From Eledone cirrhosa (Eukaryota), in contig OZ024746.1 of NCBI GenBank assembly GCA_964016885.1, positions 15,252,001 to 15,316,000 of the forward strand: 64,000 nt of DNA, written 5' to 3'. Within the stretch, counting starts at the first letter, position 1; every line of letters begins with the position of its first letter. A model generated the notes under the pieces. That model saw nothing but the letters and a program-made list of their open reading frames with translations, ran no database searches and was not told the DNA's origin. The translations under genes and the position numbers were made by a program. This document shows positions 56,861 to 64,000 of the stretch, piece after piece.

Positions 56861-57213
56861 AGGTCTTAAAAAACATCGTCTATGTGTCTCAAAATATGAA
56901 CAACCGCAGCACCTATTAGCAGTGTGGGATGGGAGTAGCCAGATGTAGTGCAGAGGTAAAAATGATGTTTTGTCGGCCAAATATAATGCTGTGGTGATGA
57001 TATTTTTTCATTGGTCAGTTATAGCCAGGTGTAGTGGTCATAATGTTGTTTCGGTGGTCAGTTTCTCATTATAGTTTTAGACCTGAAATATTAGGACAAG
57101 TAAAATAAAAAAAAATTAACAGGTGACGCACCAACATCTTCGTTGATTTCAAATAACATACTACTCTATACGTTAACACAATGCTTCAAGCAAACTACAA
57201 CACACTCTTTTAT

Positions 57214-57289
<76 letters not shown>

Positions 57290-57352
57290 ACGTACATATA
57301 GATATATGTGTGTGTGTGCGTAAAAATAGTGTATGGTGTTTTCACTGATATA

Positions 57353-57537
57353 AATAATTGTTTCTACTTTAGGCACAAGGCCAGCAAATACCCAGTGCAT
57401 TACTGGTACCGTATTTTATCGACCCCGTAAGGAAGAAAGGCAAAGTCAACCTCGGCGGGATTTGAACTCAGATCGTAAAGGGACGTAACTATGCTGGAAA
57501 GCATGGCGTCCGACCCTCTACCGATACTGCCAATCCA
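57353..57537 (-). mobile_element. SINE family M
   Basis: Conserved block. Confidence 0.85.
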
Positions 57538-57734
57538 CATAATAATTAAGCGATAGAAGTACTCAATACGATTAAATAGAGAGCAACAACTACGGCAGTG
57601 GTAAATTATTTCCCGATTTCACGCTACACACCTGTCAACAGGTATATCTTTAGTATATATTGCTGCCGGTCACACGTCTCTACAGGAATCGCATGTAGAA
57701 TGGAATAAATTGAGTAATATTTACCTTGTGTGTG

Positions 57735-57847
<113 letters not shown>

Positions 57848-58036
57848 CTTTTACTGCTTCCAGTCATTAGACTGCGGCCATGGTGGGGCACTGCATTCAG
57901 TAGATTTAGTCGGACTTACCAAGCCCAATACTTATTTTAAAAGTCATATATATATATCACCACCCCACTCTCAAGAGCGTGAAACTAATAAACCTTTGTT
58001 CGTACTGCCTCTCTGTTTTGTTCCCGTTCAATTTTT

Positions 58037-58123
<87 letters not shown>

Positions 58124-58252
58124 AATTTTGAGTATATGTTGGTTGTTTACCGAGACCTCAGTATACAGATTGGAGCACTCGACGAAGTACGCAGGTTGGT
58201 TTGTTTACTCCGGAGTAATGTAAAATAATTAAGTCTATATATATATACACAC

Positions 58253-58310
<58 letters not shown>

Positions 58311-58439
58311 GCGCGCGTGTGTGTAAGTGTGTATTGAACAATGAAAATAAAACAGAAGTCGAAGATAGGTTCTTAGTTAATTGTTTTACGATACCATCAA
58401 CACTATAAACACAGAGCTAGCATATATAAGAACTGACTA

Positions 58440-58495
58440 ACTGCCTGATGAGGTCATAGCCATTCAATGGCTATCATCGAAATATATAAAGCAGT
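58440..58495 (+). ncRNA. Type I hammerhead motif with a single inactivating U16.1A change
   Basis: actgc-CTGATGA-ggtcatagccat-tca-atggctatcatc-GAAA-tatata-AA-gcagt. Confidence 0.7.
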
Positions 58496-58537
58496 AAATA
58501 AAGGATTATGAGTTCATGCAATTGACTTATGTTTCGT

Positions 58538-58574
<37 letters not shown>

Positions 58575-58674
58575 TATATATAATTATATATATATATATA
58601 ATTATATATATATATATATAATTATAATTATATATATATAATTATATATATATATATATAATTATATATATATA

Positions 58675-58766
<92 letters not shown>

Positions 58767-58797
58767 TATAATTATATATATATATATATATAATTAT

Positions 58798-59044
58798 AAA
58801 GAAAAAGAGATGAAATCGAAAATACAACTGGAGTCTTATTTTTTTTTTAAATATATATATATATTTGGTTCCTTTACCGTTTCGCATAACTGCGAAACCG
58901 GTAAAGGAACCAAATAAATATATATATTTAAAAAAAAAATAAGACTCCAGTTGCATTTTCGATTTCATCTCTTTTTCTTTATACTTTCACTCGTGTAGGA
59001 CACCTCGGTTATTTTTCATTTTGTAAAAAAAACCTCACTTTCTA
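58798..59044 (+). mobile_element. Family C asymmetric palindrome folded back at HHR stem II
   Basis: Centre ttcgca-taac-tgcgaa (58881-58896); tail on the right arm. Confidence 0.8.
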
Positions 59045-59049
59045 ATATA

Positions 59050-59091
<42 letters not shown>

Positions 59092-59117
59092 TATATATAC
59101 ATATATCTTTATATGTA

Positions 59118-59189
<72 letters not shown>

Positions 59190-59192
59190 TCT

Positions 59193-59246
<54 letters not shown>

Positions 59247-59281
59247 ATATAATTATATATATACATATATCTTTATATGTA

Positions 59282-59327
<46 letters not shown>

Positions 59328-59353
59328 TATATATACATATATCTTTATATGTA

Positions 59354-59401
<48 letters not shown>

Positions 59402-59430
59402 GTATATATATATGTATATATATATATGTG

Positions 59431-59463
<33 letters not shown>

Positions 59464-59472
59464 GTATATATA

Positions 59473-59512
<40 letters not shown>

Positions 59513-59655
59513 TATATGTGTATATGTATATATATACATATACACATATATATATGTGTATATATATATATGTGTGTATATATATATATACATATATATA
59601 TATGTGTATATGTATAATATATATATATATATACACATATATATATGTGTATATG

Positions 59656-59691
<36 letters not shown>

Positions 59692-60062
59692 TACATATAC
59701 ACATATATATATGTGTGTAATATATATATATATACATATATATTATATATGTATACATATATATATATGTGTATATATATATGTATACATATATATATAT
59801 ATATGTGTATATATATATGTATACATATATATATATATATGTGTATATATATTTGTATACATATATATATATATATATGTGTATATATATGTATACATAT
59901 ATATGTATATATATATATGTGTATATATATATGTATACATATATATATATATATATATATGTGTATATATATATGTATACATATATATATATATATATAT
60001 GTGTATATATATATGTATACATATATATATATATATATATATATATGTGTATATATATATGT

Positions 60063-60155
<93 letters not shown>

Positions 60156-60170
60156 CATATATATATATAC

Positions 60171-60264
<94 letters not shown>

Positions 60265-60337
60265 ATATATATATATATATGTATACACATATATATATAT
60301 ATATATATAATTATATATATACATATATCTTTATATG

Positions 60338-60400
<63 letters not shown>

Positions 60401-60444
60401 ATATATATATATATATATATACATATATCTTTATATGTATATAT

Positions 60445-60484
<40 letters not shown>
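59045..60484. repeat. Imperfect (TA)n expanse
   Basis: Direct inspection. Confidence 0.95.
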
Positions 60485-60488
<4 letters not shown>

Positions 60489-61038
60489 GTGTATCATAAA
60501 AAATAAACAAACAGGACTGGGGTTGTAAAATTCAAGCTTCAAGTTTTCCCCTTCGGAATAATCCCCCTCGAGGTCGAACACACTTCCCATCCTTCTCCTC
60601 CACGCCTCCATACACTCATGGAAGGGTTCTCCCGGGGACTCTGCTGCTCCGTCGTCACGGCCCTTATGATGACTTCCACATCTGGAAAACTTGACGTACA
60701 CGAAGATCCATGACTCATCACCAATGGTGAGTCTCCTCAGTCTGACTGGTTCGGTTTCAAGACGCTCGAGGATGTCCTCATATATGTAATGCGATGTGAA
60801 GGCGCATGGCTTAGTGGTTAGACCATTGGGCTTGTAATCGAAAGGTTGTGAGTTCAATTCTCGGACCGGGTGATGTGTTGTTTTCTTGAGCAAGACACTT
60901 TATTTCACGTTGCTCCGGTTTACTCAACTGTAGAAATGAGATGATGGATCTGGGGTCCCTATCATTAAATCACCCGAGACACCTCCAACGAGATATACCT
61001 TGGAGGAGGCCAGCTGAACCTGCATAGGTGTGAGCTGT

Positions 61039-61072
<34 letters not shown>

Positions 61073-61635
61073 TATAGTTACATGCGTCGTCTTTCAGTTG
61101 CATCGGTACTATCTTCGCGCAGATCTTCCGCATGCCCAAATCTTCGGTGATAATCTTGCAAACACTGTCGTGGTTCATGCCCAGCTCATTTGTGACCAGT
61201 CGAATAGTTAGGCACCACATGCTTTACGCGCTCAACGTTGACATCAGCCCGGCTCGTTGAAGGCCTTTCACTGCTGGGGTCACCTTCCACGTCTTAGTAT
61301 CCCTATTTGAACCTTTTGTGCCACTCGAAAACCTATGAGTGCGACGTCGCCTCATCTTCGCACACTTGCTACAGTATTCCGAATGTTTCTGAGTTTTCCT
61401 GAGCCGGACCAGAAACTTCACGTTGGCTCATTTCTCTGTAGCCATCGTTCGACGGCCAACATTTGACGAGTCGTGAACAAAAGCACGCGAAAAGCACACA
61501 ATGGCTGCAGAGAACTGAGATCGCAGTTATATACTCTCCGGATATTCCGTCACACGGTGACGCAACCCGCTAATCCCTACCTCACTCATAGATCATACAG
61601 CACACTAAGTCCTGTTAGTTTTCTGACATACCTCG
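60485..61635 (-). mobile_element. Decayed mariner transposon with a nested SINE
   Basis: Degenerate TIRs gaggtgtatca..aacaggact / agtcctgtt..tgacatacctcg; transposase pieces [45 protein letters not shown]. Confidence 0.85.
60796..60942 (+). mobile_element. tRNA-derived CORE-like SINE nested in the mariner
   Basis: A box tggcttagtgg, B box gagttcaattc, then ttcttgagcaagacactttatttcacgttgc. Confidence 0.8.
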
Positions 61636-61684
61636 TGTGTGTGTATACATACATATATATACATACATATACATACATATATAC

Positions 61685-61725
<41 letters not shown>

Positions 61726-61728
<3 letters not shown>

Positions 61729-61781
61729 TCTAACTGTCGAAACGGCCGGAGCTCAGCCGTCGGGGTCCTGACTCCTTTCCT
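61726..61781 (+). mobile_element. Family D short arm in (TA)n
   Basis: tgtcGAAAcggccggagctcagccgTCggggtcctgactcc. Confidence 0.7.
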
Positions 61782-62399
61782 ATATATATATATATGAAAA
61801 AATGGCGTGCTGCGTGGTTGCAAATGGCTTACATATGAATAAAATTAGTCCTTCATCAGTGATCTTCCAGCCTTCATTGGTATTTCATCGCTTTAAAGAT
61901 CATATAACTCTGGTTGGTGCGAGCAACGGCTAAAGAAAGTGGTTGGGACACGTAAATAGGTGGAACGAGCGAGACAGTAAACAAACAAAGATGGTAATGC
62001 AACGAAAAGTGAGGAAGAAGGAGTCAACCCCTACAGGGGTTAAATATATATATTTAACCCTGTTATATCTTTTTTTTTTATTCACACCACCTGATGAGAT
62101 TTACAGTTCTCGAAACAAAACGTTCCATCGCAGGAAACTTATAACGAAGTAAACTCCTACAGACTTCGTTTATATCCTAGAAATCGAGTTTAAATGTGTC
62201 CGTCTATCCTTCCATACAAACTTTTGTCGCAGCCTAAGATATTATTTCATAATTTTATAAATGTTACTGAAGCAGTTTTGGTAAAAAATACCTCGCTATT
62301 TCTAACTATGGTGCACCCTGTACAGTACGGAGGCGTCTTATTACCGAATATGTATGTGTGTGTGTGTGTGTGTGTGTTATGTATGTAACATACATATAC

Positions 62400-63086
62400 A
62401 TCATAGTTTCCCCACACCCCACTCTACCGACTTTCTTCTTTCCCTAGCCCCCCACTCTTCCCACTCCTCCTCCTCCTCCCTCAATCACTTATTGTTTTCA
62501 CTCTTACATTTTCCAGATCTTTCTCACCGCATTTCTTTTCTCATCGGCTCCCTCTTTCACACACACACACACACAGCCCCCCTCCACACACACACTCACA
62601 CACATCCCACCCCCACCCACCCACACCCACACACACATTCAAATCCAGTCATCCAAACACACGCCACCACACATACATTACACACACCCCACACACACAC
62701 ACATAAACACATACATACACACACACATACACACATACATACGCACATACATACATACACACATACATACGCACATACATACATACATACACACATTGTT
62801 GCATTTGGTCTTTCCCTAACGCTGCCAACCCCACACTGGCTCCCATATTCCACCAGCTGCTGCTGCTGCTGCTGCTCGTGATGATGATGGTGGTGGTGGT
62901 GGTGGTGGTGGTGAAGTTGGTGGCGGTGGTGGTGGCGGTGGTGGTGGCGGCGACAGAAGGCTGCAGTATGTCATACCGGAGAGGAGGGTGTATTTATGTA
63001 AGTCAACAGAGAAAATAGAGCAGGTGTGAAGACAGAGTGGAATTGAGTTGAGAGATGGAAGACTGGGTGGGAGAGATGGACAGAGT

Positions 63087-63126
<40 letters not shown>

Positions 63127-63212
63127 GTGGGAGGGGGAGGGAGAGAGAGTGAGAGTGTGTGAGAGAGATGGAGGGAGCGAGATGGAAAGATGGGGGGGGG
63201 GGGGGGGGAAGA

Positions 63213-63248
<36 letters not shown>

Positions 63249-63415
63249 AATGGAATGAGAGTGAGAGAGCCATGGAGGGAGAGTGTGGGAGACCGATGGA
63301 GGGAGTGAAAAAGAGATGGGGATAGATAAAGTAGGAAAGAGAGAGAGAGAGACAGGGGTGGGAATTGAGTTATTGAGTGAAAGAGTTGGCTGGGAAGAAA
63401 TTAATTGAAAATTGG

Positions 63416-63463
<48 letters not shown>

Positions 63464-63559
63464 GAGAGGCGGGAGACCAGAACATATATTGTGAAAGAAG
63501 GTGGAGGAGGAGAGGCTGAATAAAAAGAGTGAAGATTACGGAAAGATAAACTAAATGAA

Positions 63560-63595
<36 letters not shown>

Positions 63596-64000
63596 TGGAG
63601 AGGAAGAGAGGAAGGAGGGAGAGAGAGAGAGAGAGAGTAGAATAATGAATATTGAGTGAGAGAGAAGATTGAAATTCCAAGGTAGGAGATGGAGAGAGAA
63701 AGGGGGGGGTTAGTGAAAGAGAGAGTAAAATCTAAAGAAAGAAAGAGAGAGGAGGAGAGGAGGAGTAAAATCTGAATAATGAAACAGAGAGGGGGGGGGG
63801 GTGATGTAGGAAAAATAGGGAGGTGGAGTGTGGAGGGGTGTTAGAGAAAGACAGAGATGTTGGAAAGAAAGAAAAATAGAATATATAAAATATAAATAAA
63901 TAAACATAAACAAGGACTGAAAGACAGAGAATGAGATATAGAGAGGGGGGGGGGAGAAAGAGTGGGAGGAGGGAAACAAAGAGAAAGAGAGTGGAGTGAT
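62400..64000. repeat. Low-complexity mosaic: (CA)n, (CTG)n/(GGT)n, purine-rich (GA)n
   Basis: Direct inspection. Confidence 0.85.

Noticed and set aside
62087-62130. Hammerhead CTGATGA..GAAA
   Set aside because: Only a 2-bp stem II and no stem I complement after the putative cleavage site.

Overview
AT-rich, microsatellite-saturated animal DNA, probably intergenic or intronic. A coleoid cephalopod (Octopus-like) source is inferred from the SINE repertoire and the extreme (TA)n/(CA)n/(GA)n content. No host protein-coding gene can be supported. Almost all long ORFs in the track are low-complexity artefacts, and the real coding remnants are transposon fragments: RTE, RTE-X-like, CR1-like and Tx1/L1-like LINEs, two mariners, and a Penelope-like element (PLE) with a GIY-YIG endonuclease. 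The main hidden signal is a dense set of minimal type I hammerhead ribozyme (HHR) motifs. About 20 intact or decayed complete motifs plus several 3'-half motifs from at least 8 sequence families were read by eye. They sit in short PLE-derived pseudo-LTR (pLTR) relics, mostly inserted in (TA)n tracts. They show compensatory stem changes, palindromic stem III (dimer-type), a U3-A8 covariant catalytic core, and a recurring asymmetric inverted-repeat architecture in which only one arm carries a 3' tail and the fold-back point often lies at a ribozyme helix. Also present: about 17 copies of a tRNA-derived SINE, several minisatellites, a 3.4-kb pentamer-based satellite with higher-order structure, and a 200-N assembly gap. 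All coordinates and pairings were determined by eye; no searches were run.
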